Below are positions 1 to 12,898 of a stretch of DNA of 64,000 nucleotides, one piece after another. The DNA comes from Geosiphon pyriformis uo1. Its lineage: Eukaryota > Fungi > Glomeromycota. The notes under the pieces are model-generated. The model was not told the origin of the DNA. It saw nothing but the letters and a program-made list of their open reading frames with translations, and did no database searches. Both the position numbers and the translations under genes were made by a program. How positions within the stretch are numbered: the first letter of the stretch is position 1; each line of letters opens with the position of its first letter. Where the stretch lies: contig JAAOMT010000239.1 of assembly GCA_016748015.1 (NCBI GenBank), positions 406,356-470,355 on the forward strand. The letters are read 5' to 3'.

Positions 1-1563
1 CTGCTGAAGGAGCCACGTTGGCCTTATACAAATTTGACAAGTTAAAATCTAAGAAAAATCAGAAGGCGATTGTTACTTTTGGAAAATATGGAGCTTCTTT
101 GCATTCTTCAGAACTTAGTTGGGAGACAGGGTTGATATATGGAGACGCCCAGAATTTTGCGCGTTTCTTGGCAGAAACACCTTCGAATCTAATGACCCCC
201 ACTATTTTTGTGGAGAACGTTATATCAAAACTGGAAGGCTTGCCAAAAACTGAAATAATTGTTCGAGATCAAGGATGGGCAATCAATAACAACATGGGGG
301 CTTTTCTAGCTGTTGCCAAAGGATCTATTGAACCACTCAAGTTCTTAGAAATTCATTACAAAGGTGGAAAGGAAGAAGAAAAGTTATTGGCATTGGTTGG
401 GAAAGGTGAACTTTTTCTTTCTGTTTCTCTTTGCCATTTTCTTATTACTAATGCGTCCCCGATTTTTTGCAAATGGCTTGTACCTCACAGGCATTACCTT
501 TGACTCGTAAGTTTTATAGCATTTATTTTTCTTAAAACCATGGGTTTTAATTTTTTCCTTGCGGGTCATTTCCTTATCTCCATCATAGTGGCGGTATTTC
601 AATCAAACCTTCCCAGAACATGGGTTCCATGAAAGGTGATATGGGTGGGGGTGCTGCAGTTGCAGCCACATTATTTGGACTAGCAAAACTTCAAGTACCG
701 ATTAATGTGGTTGCATGCATACCTTTATGTGAGAATATGCCTTCAGGTGGAGCAGTGAAGCCGGGGGATGTGGTCAAAGCCATGAATGGAAAATCGATCG
801 AAGTATAAAGCCAAGCTTGCGATTTTTGGAATATCTTGCTTTTTCATCTTTATTTGACAGTGACTATCAATTAGATTGATAACACGGATGCTGAAGGTCG
901 TTTGATTCTTGCCGATGCCATATATTATACAAGTTCTATTTATAAACCTCATAGTCTTCTTGACATTGCAACTTTGACTGGTGCCATTGGAATTGCATTA
1001 GGAGAAGGTTGATGTCAACAAATTTTGATATTTAATTAACAGATTTCTTAATTGACATTTATTTTATTACAGTATTTTCCGGCGTTTTCACGAATTCTGA
1101 AAGTTTATGGTCCCAACTTTCGGTTGCTGGCAAGACTACTCATGACCCTTTTTGGCGCATGCCATTACATCCTTCTTATAAGAAGTTAATCACAAAATCT
1201 ACGGTCGCTGATATTGTGAATAATTCTGGTAGAATGGGTAGTTCTTGTACCGCCGCAGCTTTTTTAGAGGAATTCTTATGCGATTTAAATAATGAAAAGG
1301 GAGTGATTGAGGAAGAGGATGAAAATTCTGAGCCAACGATAGAAACCGAAACTGAAGTCCCAGGAAAGATAAGATATGCCCACATTGATATTGCTGGAGT
1401 GATGGATACTAACGACGACTCGGGTTATACGACAAAGGGCATGACGGGTTGAGTAATTGGAATTTTTATTTACTCATCTGATATAAATGATTAATTTTTT
1501 TTGTTTTTAGGACGTCCCACTCGAGCAATTATCGAGTTCGCAAGGACGTTGAGGTTTTCCTGA
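1..1563 (+). CDS. Cytosol leucine aminopeptidase (peptidase M17), 5'-truncated by the window edge, multi-exon
   Basis: Spliced exons give the M17 catalytic motifs [32 protein letters not shown] and AHIDIAG. Short GT-AG introns; last exon [17 protein letters not shown] ends at TGA 1561-1563. Confidence 0.95.
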
Positions 1564-1772
1564 ATTTAGAGCTAGTATTGAAATTATTGACTTTGGCTCA
1601 AGTCATTGGATGAAGTCCTTAATCTAGATATATTTATGTAATCTTGTACACATTATCATACTCATAAATTAAAAGTAATGATGAGTGATCAATTTCCTAT
1701 TATACCTAAATTTAAAATAATTCAACTCAAAACAAGGTTTTAGCTAATGTTCTCCCCAAAAAGATTTTCAAT

Positions 1773-2347
1773 ATGAAGTCTGAAATAAAGGAAAAGCCAT
1801 TTGCTAGTTCTCGCAACCTGGTCAAGGTTTGTGTCTGGTTGAATGGCTTGAAAATATTGATGATTATGATGGAATTTCCTTTATTTGACAGACTATTGTA
1901 CGAAATGCCAATGTGAGCGAAGTAGGTATCAGTAAATGACCTGAAAGTTTAATTTCCAATACTCATCTGATTTTTTATGGAAATTAGGAAGTGGTGCGTA
2001 CGGCAAAATTGTTTGCTGCTTTGGATACTTCGATGAAGTCAACCTATCAAGTGAGTCACCTAATTCTAGTAAAAAGAATGTTGAGCGCAGTATTTGAAAT
2101 TAATTGTATAACAGTCGTTGGAAAAAATCACATTGGGAATTTCGCAAATTCAAGAGCGGTAATCAATTATCAGATTTTTTATCAGTTATTTCTGTTCTTA
2201 AATTCAACCTTTTGTTGCAAATTTTGTCGCTTTCCCAAACTCTATAGAAATATCCAAATTTTAGAGAATTTACATATCGTGCCTCAAATAAATGATGGTT
2301 TGAAGTTGGAAGAACTAATTAGATGTCCTCCACCTACAAATACTTGA
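1773..2347 (+). CDS. Small five-exon coiled-coil protein (96 aa), BORCS7-like (BLOC-1-related complex subunit 7)
   Basis: Exons 1773-1826, 1892-1921, 1988-2050, 2115-2158 and 2248-2347 join in frame through canonical GT-AG introns of 64-89 nt. Product: MKSEIKEKPFASSRNLVKTIVRNANVSEEVVRTAKLFAALDTSMKSTYQSLEKITLGISQIQERNIQILENLHIVPQINDGLKLEELIRCPPPTNT. Its pattern resembles BORCS7 (by eye). An extra upstream exon cannot be excluded. Confidence 0.7.
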
Positions 2348-2483
2348 CTTAGAATAATTCAGTAAGCTGGATTATTTTTTTTCTTTCAATGTGGGAAGGT
2401 TGCTCTTATTAATCTCAAGTTGGTAATAAATAGGAAAAACAACGAAACAGATGTTTCTTTTACAGAACAAGATAATTTGGTAG

Positions 2484-5400
2484 TTATTTTTGAAATTCTT
2501 GTCGGCACAAAGGGCAGGTCGAAGAATTGGAGGTTCTGAACCACTAGAAATGGTTTAATAAAATTTTAATATTGGTTTGTTATCAAGAACAAAATGATTA
2601 GGTTTACTCACCTTATACAGACAAGATTTATGAAATCGATTTCTGCAAGTTGGGCAAGTCTTGTTTGGCAGTGACCGGTCTTCAAGACTGACAATTGAGT
2701 AACAGATTACGCAATCCTCAAAGCCATCAAAGTGAAGCGAAATATTGCGTTTAAAAAGATTCAACGCGACCTCTAAATTTCCATTCTACCAGAAAATGTT
2801 TTTAAAAGTTGTTAGCAGGCTTACAATGCTTTTCCGATTGTCTCAATGAATTGATAAATACCTGTGAATTAACGGCTGCTTGAACGGGCAGCTGCGCCCA
2901 TTTTAGATCTTTAATTTCCGTCATAATCACTCGTTCTACCGTGTGTACCTCAATCGGCCGTAAAGGAAAATTATTTGGCATTCGTAAATTGAGTTCCATT
3001 ACATACTCGTCTAATCGGTATATAGCTATAACTTCATTAGAATTTCGGGCAATACGAATGGACATATTCTCATCTTGTAACTGTGACTTCACATCGTCAC
3101 GTTGAATATATTCGATTTGTTGTTGGGCGATAACAGAAGAGAAATATTTCTCGGTATAGCTAAATAATTAAAGCGGGTTATGAAAGATGAAGACTTTAAT
3201 AGTAGTGATATATAAATTAAATTTGACTTACGCGTCCACAGCCAGGTGCAATTGTCGTTTTTTGCATTGTCCCCACCATCCTCTATAAAAAACAAGATAT
3301 GTGTTTAATTTTGAATCGGTTTATTAAACGTAAGTTTACAAGAGCTATTACCTAACAACTGAAGGGATATGTTTCAATGCGCGATAATATAAATGAGCGG
3401 CAAGAACTGGAAAACCAGGATCCGCGGCATATTCAAGTTCGAAGGCTATGTTTTGGTTAAAAATCATAGTAAATATCTTGATAAGTAAACTATAAATGAG
3501 ATATAATCATATCTCACCTTCAATAAAAAAATCAGTAAAATCCCATAAGGAGAGGGTGTATTGGGTTGAGTTAGAAGGAATAAGTCCCAAAGTTTCGAAC
3601 ACATATGGAAGAAACTCATCCAAGATATCTGTGTCTTTGATATTTTCAATATAATGAGACTTGAGTTTAATAGTCTAAAGAAAAAAACTGAGTTCAAGAT
3701 GAGATTCCTCTAAGACGAGATGAAAGACATGAAAACTCGAAAAATAAATTATTTTTACGGCATAATCGAAGTGATCGAACAGAAGCTTCCAAGCCAGAAA
3801 ATAACCAAAAGTGTGATAAAAAGCCTGTTTGTTATCAAATTGAATGTCTTGAATTTAGTTGTCAGAATCGAAATACAAATATATGCTGGTAGAAATTTGA
3901 ACTTTTTACCAAATCGTTATGATCACCGGTAAGAGCCATTCTGAGAAAATTTTCTTTGTGAGCCCGCGTGATCTGTGTCAACAAACTCTCGTCAAACATT
4001 GGCTGAATTGCGCCTCCTTTTCATATTAAGAAAAAGGTGTTATTTTACAAAAGCACTGTAGTTGCTTCATATTATAAATCTTTCGCTTTCTTTCTTAACT
4101 CACCCGAAGAGCCAATAATTTCCAATTCTTCCGATAAATTAATTACTTTTTCATATAAGATTGTTCGCAGAAATAAATATGCGCATCTTTGAATGCCTAA
4201 ATGGGGTACGGATAGCAATTCATGCAACTATACAATAGTTTCCAAAAGATTTAGAAATGCAACGTGTGATTTTGAATAAAAGAATATAGAGATTTTACCT
4301 GTGAGTTGTTGGACAATAAAAGGGCGGGAGGGAGTTTTTTACAAGCGATACACAATGTGTCCAAGTAAGCGGCATAATTATTGGAGAAAATATGATTCTT
4401 ATGGGCTAAATAATATTAAGAAGTGCTAAAATGTTGCGGGATGTTTTGAATTAGCAATATGAAACAACATGTTATACCAGACTCCTCGATTAAGAAATTA
4501 GCGAAAAGCTGGAAAAGTATAGGTTGTTCGAGATTAAATTTGATTGACAAATCATCATTATCTTCCTTGCTCAAAGAGGAATCCATTCTATCCAAAAGAT
4601 TGTACAGTTTAATCGCTTCATATCGAAGCGCCAAATGGCGATGTGTCTAAAAATCAATATATTAGTGTAATCTTTGAATTCTTTGATAACTTATTATAAT
4701 GGATAACATCAGTGGAGAAAATACCAGTAACCAGTCTCTTATGCGTTCAAATATAAGATCCCAAAGATTTCCCAAGGGCTCTTGGATTGTGGGAATCATG
4801 AAGTTTAATAGACGGGCTATCTGAATATGAACGCTAAATAATCCCATCGAAGAAAAATCTTCAGGCTCGGCCTGCAGAACATCGTACCAAGTACCAATGC
4901 GTTGTAGCAAAGCCACGCTTTGCACTTTGGGTAAAAAAATCTCTTCATCTTCAATTGTAGTAGCTACTAACAATGACAAATGACTCCAGCCTGTGTCGAA
5001 GAAATTCAGAATTTAAAAAATTTGAATTTGGTCTGCATTCCCAAATAATTCAAATTAAAGGGTTGATTAATTAATTCCTTACCAATGTTGTCTGCTGATA
5101 TATCGTTTTTAAATATATTCGTGGCCTCTAAACTACAAAGCTTATCAGCTAAGTTGAGTTGAAACTCTTTGAGCTTGGATGATGTTTTAAGGTAAGCTTT
5201 GAGTGACATAATAAAAGCTAGTTTTATATTCAAATTTACTAGTGCCAAAAGAGAAGAAAATTAATATTGAAACATAATAGAAGATTAACCAATGAAAGTC
5301 AATTCCAAACTTACAATTTGTCGACTCGGATTTTATAGAATCAAGAAGACGTTCAGCATCCACTATTGACAATTTGGTTTCTTCAAATATATTGGCGCTC

Positions 5401-8400
5401 AAAAATTGCAAAACTCGAGCCCAATGACGACTGTGAGCACCGTGCGTTCTTTTGATTGCTTCAAGTAATATACCTTGCAAATCTACCACTAAGATATGTT
5501 CTGGAATATTGGACTCTAAGATGGATGGTTCTAAAATGTCTTGCAAATTAACAGGGGCACGTGACAACGCTCCCTTAAGGTACTTTTTTAATATTGTGCG
5601 AACATCAACCAAAAATGATTTGAAATTCAGAAAATTGCTTTCCTCGGCGGTAGTTGCGTCCCATATGTGATTCCCAGTATTGTGTGTGTCGATTATATCA
5701 GTGCAAAGAACATACATCAAAATCAATTCTAATAAAGCCAAATGGCTGGTAGATGTTTTGATTTTGGTTGAATCTTCGAAAGCGGATATTTCCTGATCAT
5801 AATTCAGATTAAAAAAACTCTGCAAACCGAATTTTTTGAAAAGTTCTATAGTAAAAAGTCCATGACGCCCATAAGAACTTAGCCCATAGGAATCATATGA
5901 TATGTTACTTTGCAAGCCATCCCTGTTTGTTTGCAGTGAATTTGAAATCAATGGCCAATTAAAGTTGCCTTGAAAAAGATTGGAATCGTTTTTAAGTGAA
6001 AGGAACGGCTCACTCAGTGCCCTCCATTCCAACTCGTTCAAAAGAAATTGCGATAAGAGATTTTTGATTTTTGATTGATCATTTGAATACAAAGTCTCAC
6101 AAATCTTATATATTCGTTGAGTGAAGTCTGTTGGGCTGTAGAACAAAAGGTTGAATATTAAATTTTAATATTTTACTAAAGAACTGAAACATAAATACCT
6201 TGCAGCATAGTGTATATTTAATATTGAAATCTTGATCACTTTGAATATAGCTCTAGTCACTTTTTCCTTTCTACTTTCCATAACACATATGGTCACAGTT
6301 CTTTGCCAGAATTCTTGAGCTAAATCCCGAATAGAATTAGTACCTTCATATGAGCTTCCGTGAGATCTCAGAAATGTAAGTTCATATATATGGCCAATTA
6401 TTGAGGCTATTTCTGAATCCAAAAAAAACTCTAGGAATTGATCATTTTGGGCGAGTTTGGCAAATATCCGCAGAACAGACAAAATGGATTCGTGGGAGAT
6501 TTCAATACTTTCTTCGGTAACAAAGTAAGATATTGCAGCTTTCGAAATGACTTCTGAAAAGTGGCGCAAGAGGCTTGATCTCGTCTCAGGTTCCAAAAAA
6601 TTTACTAATTGTAAGACTTCTGATAAAAATATATCGATAACGAAATTTTCCACTTTAGCTCTAATATTTTTATCAAGTTGAGCATTCAACTGTTGAACAA
6701 GATCAGTAAAAAATCTTTCAAACTGATCATTTAAAAACGTGTGGCGTCCCTTCTTGAAAGGTTGCTGCATTAAAGCAAGGTGAGATTATTTGAATAAATA
6801 AAGTATTTAAAAGAACCCTTCAGCTTTGAAGCCTACCCACATTGATGACCAAATATGATAGAAGATCCAGTTCCTTTTCTGTATTTTCAATTCCGAGAAT
6901 ACTGACAATAAGGTTATCCCAAATTTCTTGTACTTTGGGACTGTCCGTATTCTGCTTGTAATATATCCACCAAATATCAAGATAATAAAATCCAGATTCC
7001 AAAGAAGCGTTCATAAGAATTCCAGGGAGTATATGTTTGATAAATCTTTCCAAAGCCTTTAAGTAAAACAAATATTAAAATTGAGAAATACAAGGCCCAT
7101 GAATAGGCTAATCAGGATTCAAATAGGGAACCTCTCTAGTAGCGTCTTTCATAAATATTAGGTTTATAAAATTCTGCGCCAAGCTCGATAAAATGAAACT
7201 TAGAACTTCTGATTGTCCTGAAAAAAGAAAAAAGAAAATAAATTTCTGATTATAAAAACTAATCAATTTCGGCATAAAAATATCTTACCCTTCGATTGTT
7301 CGCTTTTTGCCAGAGAGGTTGCAAAAATATCTTGGACAAGTCTTTCAACCTTATAATTAAAAAAATTATTTTTGGATATTGAATCAATTTAAAACGGAGC
7401 CTGTTTTAAGGCCTACCAGTATGATTTTGGTATCATCTAGAGCAATGTTTGTATTTGTCCATAAAGAATCTAAAAATTCAATCATTCTTTTCCCAAATTC
7501 TTTATAATCAGTTTCGGCGTTCCTATTGGAAGGTTGTTCGAGAAGAGCACCTCGATTCATAGTTTGAGTTAAGAGATCATTAATCCTTTTTATGATCAAC
7601 TCTCCCGAGGCTAAAACAATATTAGATCAAAAATTTATTTCTAAAAATAAGGATAAATAATCATAAAAAATTATGTATATATAGTGTAAACTTACTTTTG
7701 GATTTTGACATGAGTAAAGCCATATTACTCGCAAGGATCGAACATATTTCCTTTGCCTGAAATATGCTTTCCCCGGACTAAATTGAAAAGGTTTTAAGCC
7801 ATAGCTTTCAATTATGTATTTTATAAATAAAAAAGTGGCACCTGAAATCCGATAAGGTAGAGCTCAACAAGTCGAAAAAATTCCTGCTCAACAAGATATG
7901 TCTGAATATCTATTTGATTTTGAAACTTGCTAGTACAAGATTTAGTTTTTGATCTTTCGACTACCATAAAATTTTCGAAAGTTAATTATTTAGAAGCTGA
8001 GATAAATAATACTCACTTTAAATCAACGATGAAATACATCAGGCATTCACAATAAGCTTTGAAAAAAGTTGTGGAATTAGAGCGATCGATCGTGCCACTG
8101 GATAAACCTTTCCAAAAATTCGTTAAGAACTCTTCATAGAATTTTCGACCAGTAGAAATAAGCTTTATGTTACAAGTTATGATTAAAAGAATGAATATAC
8201 AGTTGTAACTTAGTAAACAGTATTATCATTGCTCGCAAAGCTCACCTCTGATTGTAAAATTCTAATCAAAACTAATAAACTGGGATAAGAAACATTAATG
8301 GAACCATAAGCACCAGATCGGAGAAAATGATATAACTTTGGAAGCATTGGTTTCTTTTTTCCGGCTATTGTCCAAGAGTTGGGAAAATCTAGAAAGGAAA

Positions 8401-9995
8401 GGTTCATGATAAGATGAACTCTTTGTTCTTTGGCTCGGGATTTATGGCAATTTAAGGTTAAAACTTACTTTTGGTAAATACTAATAATGAGTCCCATAAA
8501 TCAACATGACTAGTTGGGTTGTTATCACTGAATATTTTGCTCAGGTAAGTTTCACTCAACAATTCCAGACGTTCTTCTACTTGCCCTAAATTGAGAAAGT
8601 TTTTTAGATTTAAAATAGGAATTTTTGTTCTAATTTCAAATGAATTCATCGTATGATTCTCTAACCTGGCCATCTCACAACCAATGTTTTTAATAAATTA
8701 TAGCATGATTTACGTATAAGAGGACTCGTGTGTGATGAGTTTTTCCAAGTTTTTTCGTTGTTGAAAATTGCATTGTATTGATCAAGAGTTTTGGATAACT
8801 CTATTATGCTTAATTTCTCTTTGATGTAGAGTTTGAACGTTAATATACATTGAGAATAAAGTAAAAAAATCTAATGAGAAAAATAAATGAAGCACCCCAC
8901 ATACCTATGAGATAGGAAATAGCATAATAAGAGCTTGAGACTACTCGAGCATATTTCTGTTCCATTTCTTCTTTAGAAGTAAATCGAGGATCACCTAAAA
9001 GAATATTCCCAAAGAATTAATCAAATAAGATCTATTTAAATTCTAGAGTCTTGTAATATTGCGCTATTGTTAAGAAATCATACTTAGAGTTTCAGGAGAC
9101 TTTTCAAATATGACCTCTGATGTATATCCCAATATTTCTGCCTGTCCAAAAACCAAAACCTCATTGTGCTTTTCAAATGGGAAGGCAGCCTATCAAAAAA
9201 GCTAGTTACCAATTGATTGTTATATGAAATGAATGAATACATTTAAAATCACAATATAATTACAAACTTGAAAAGATTCCAACGCAATTCTTGCAACATC
9301 TTTACTCTGATCGAAAAATGAGATGACCCAAACCCCAATTATCTCTTTTAAATGTGGTGCTAATCGCTTTTTTATTTTTGATACAATAAGCAAATGACAG
9401 GAATTCGTCGCCAGTCTTATGCGACGGTCTACATCAATCGCCAAGCGAATGTATAACTTTGTCTGAATAAATAAAGACAATAACATATTAAGAAAAGGCT
9501 AGAATTCACGATTTGCAACTAGTAAATAGAATCCAAACCCCCATACCCAAGCTCCAATAGCACCTTCTAACTGACAAACGCTGCCTTCTCCATCCTTTGC
9601 TCGCAAATATGCCTCCAATTCTTCCAAGGCTTTTAGCTTTGTTGTAGCATCGCGTTTCACGAGTTTTTTAAATATAAATACTAGATCTGTGTCTATACTA
9701 TTAGTTGCATTGCCTTGAAAATTATCTAATGATTCAGAAGAGGTGAATAAAAAAGGATTTGAGGTCGTGCTGGGACCGGCAGCTCCCAAAAACTGTTGAA
9801 AACCGCCTAAGCCAACTACATTGGGTACTTGAGCACCGCTTGCTGCTACTATTTCAGCAGCTCGGCTAGAAAGTTTTCAAAAGGTTTGTAAGTAATTGAC
9901 GGTGAATTTCTGCCCGTAGCGCGAACTAATAAATACCTGCTGCTGGTGGGCTGCACGTTACCTTTAATGCGTGGTTGATTTTTTGGCTTACCCAT
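2484..9995 (-). CDS. LTN1: Listerin E3 ubiquitin ligase (ribosome quality control), multi-exon
   Basis: N-terminal MGKPKNQPRIKGNVQPTSSS and KKLVKRDATTKLKALEEL; central helical repeats; RWD-like region (LRMPNNFPLRPIEV); C-terminal RING CVICYS...[29 protein letters not shown]; stop at 2484-2486. Confidence 0.95.
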
Positions 9996-10236
9996 ATTTT
10001 TGAAATTTTAGGTTTCTAATTTGAAGTGTAAAGGGCTACCAGGATCAGAGAGATTTATTTAGGAAATTGATTAACTTGGATCATGCAGATCTAAAAAAAA
10101 AGTGTATAAAATTAGAAAGTCAGGACTTTTTTCTTACGCGTTTACATTTCTCATTCCTATGGCGTTTATACTAAACCAGGAAGTATCAACACTACAACTT
10201 TTAGAAAAGCATCAAGCTGAAACCATCAATACAGAG

Positions 10237-11652
10237 ATGGCAAACAATGAAAATATGAAAACTTTAGAGTTTCTTGGACGTCTTAAAGAACTCAAAGAGA
10301 AAATCGTTGAGGTTCAGCAACAAGTAAGACAGGTAAAGGAAAAGTGAGTAAAGTTCCTTTATTTTTTTATATAATACATAGGCTTTTCTTTTTTTTTAAT
10401 GATTTCACGAGCTTACCACTGTGGCATCTGTCTAGAATTCCAAACCGTTCGCTCAACACCAGCAAAGGGATTTCACTTTTAGACGTCAAACACCACACGT
10501 TACTTCAATACATTACCAATCTCGTATTCTTAATCCACCTTAGACTTGATGGGAAATCTATAGCTGGTCACCCGGTTATTATGAATCTTGTCGAACTGAG
10601 AGTAGTGTTGGAAAAGATCAGACCAATTGAGCAAAAACTAAAATATCAAATTGATAAATTGATAAAAGCTGCCTCATTTAACACAGAAAGCGACAATGTT
10701 GAAAACAGAGGGAATCTCAGATTGTTGGAACACACAAGTAAAATGATCCTTCGACATCAAATTGATCTCTTTCAATAGCTTGCGGAATTATACTCAATTT
10801 TTTTGCAATAGTGGCGGATCCATTGGGATTTAAGCCTAATCCAGAAAATCTTGTGTCTAAAATTGATGATGAAATTGAAGGTGGTGGAGGTATTTACGAC
10901 ATTATAGTTCTCTTTAATTGGATTATAGTTCAATATCTAAAATATGCGAGTGTCTTTAGGTCAACAAACACAAACAGGACTCTACAAAGCGCCAAGATTA
11001 GCACCTGTACACTTTGACGAAGGTCAAGGTAAAAAATTGTCAACTTATCATATAAAAAACATATGATAATACAATTTATATAATCGCCAGGAAAACATTC
11101 AAAACGAGACAAGGAACAATTACGAGCTCTTACACGTGCATCGAGATCCCGTTTAATGAAAGACATTATGGCTGAATATGACGATCATCCGGAAGAAATT
11201 GATGCGGCTGGCGGTGTTCATGAAGGAATTGGTCGAGGAATGGGAATGGATGAACAGATGATTGAACGGAATCGTTATGAAGAAGAAAATTTTGTCAGAT
11301 TGACTTTATCCAAGAAGGAATTAAATAAAATGAAAAGAGGCGGCGTTAAGGGTATTGAGAATGAATTTGAGGTAATATTCTGAACATATATTTTTATTAG
11401 AAATTTAGATTTTTCACTATATCAAATTTAATCCAATTTTTTCCTTAGAATTTGAAAGATTTTCAAAGCTTTGCTGATCTCCAAGATTCTGATATGGAAG
11501 AAACCAAAATATTTGCCAAAAATGATGGGCGACCTGCAAATATTCAAAGTTTTAGAAACATGGGTCTAGGAGATGAAGTTGGAGAGGGGAAAAAAAGAAA
11601 GACCAAATCCCAAAGGACAAAAAGAAACATGAAGATACTAAAGCGTAGATAA
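10237..11652 (+). CDS. NGDN: Neuroguidin/Lcp5 (Sas10/Utp3/C1D family, SSU processome), multi-exon
   Basis: Motifs KGISLLDVKHHTLLQY, LVELRVVLEKIRPIEQKLKYQIDKL, DPLGFKPNPENL, GLYKAPRLAPVHFDE, YEEENFVRL and a basic C-terminus. An alternative in-frame ATG lies at 10159. Confidence 0.88.
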
Positions 11653-12898
11653 AATTATATTCAAGCGGATTTTCAGCATATTTGCAATAAAAGCGGCTCA
11701 GTGGCTAAATAAAATCAATTAATTAGTTCAATTAAAGAAATCAAAATGACAAGTTTAGCAAATAGTAACCTGTGGAATTGGATATATCCACTCAACCATA
11801 TTCTTAAGCTTTGACTTCTAAGTGTTTTTAGGCTCAATTGTTAAACGAATCTCAAAATATAGTAAATTGAGCGAGGATAAAAGTATCAACCTGCTTATTA
11901 GGGATGCGACCGTTCATAAAATCATTAATCGGGACATTTCGTGAAATTTTTTGGGAAACAATGCAGAAATAACATTTTAGATAAGATTATTTTGACTGGT
12001 GATGCTTTAAGAACGGGTTTTAAGATTTCGGATGAATTGTCTAGTTAATTGGGAAAGATAATTAGCCATAAACTCCGAAGTAATTTGTATTATTTTTAGG
12101 AAATAATGAGCAAAATTTCTAATGAAGCCATCAATAGTAGGTAGTATTAAGTATTGGTAAATAAGACTATTATTTTCTGCATGACCCTCCGATTCTTTTT
12201 ATAGTTAGTGGAAGAATTATACTTTGTTAAAATAAATAATTAACAAAAGAAAAAGCCAATAAGAATAACAAAAAATAATTAAAAGTAAATAAAAAAAGTA
12301 AATTAAATATGTAAAAATTCAAAGTATTATTGTATTTTTCAATTCTTTTTTATTTAATAAATTATAAAAGTTATTTAAATTAAATTTAATAATATAAATC
12401 AAATAAAATATGTAAATACCAAAAAATAATTTTTTTATTACAAATAATGTTTAAATACTTAAAAATAAAAAAGAAAAATAAATAAATAAAAAAGAATAAA
12501 AGTAATTAATAAATTATATAATAATTATTTTTTTATAGTTAAAAAGACTTTATTTATAAACAAATTAAAAATTAAGTTGATAATTAAATTAATAACCAAG
12601 TTAAAAACTAAATTAATAATTATTGTTTAAAAATAAAATAAAAATAAAATTTTTTTGTAATAGTAAAATTTTAATTGGCTTAAATAACTAATTATATATA
12701 AAAAGTACATAAATTATATTTATTATAAGATTAAATATATATTAAATAGTTAAATACATGTTGTTTTTAACATAATTCATATTTTAATCTTTAATAATTA
12801 TCAAATTATATTGTTAAAGCATACTAAATTGTAAATACTAAACAATAAAAAATATATACATATTAATAATAAATTAATTAATATTATATAATTAATTT

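Noticed and set aside
1991-2347. 118-aa single-exon ORF
   Set aside because: It reads through two introns of the BORCS7-like gene.
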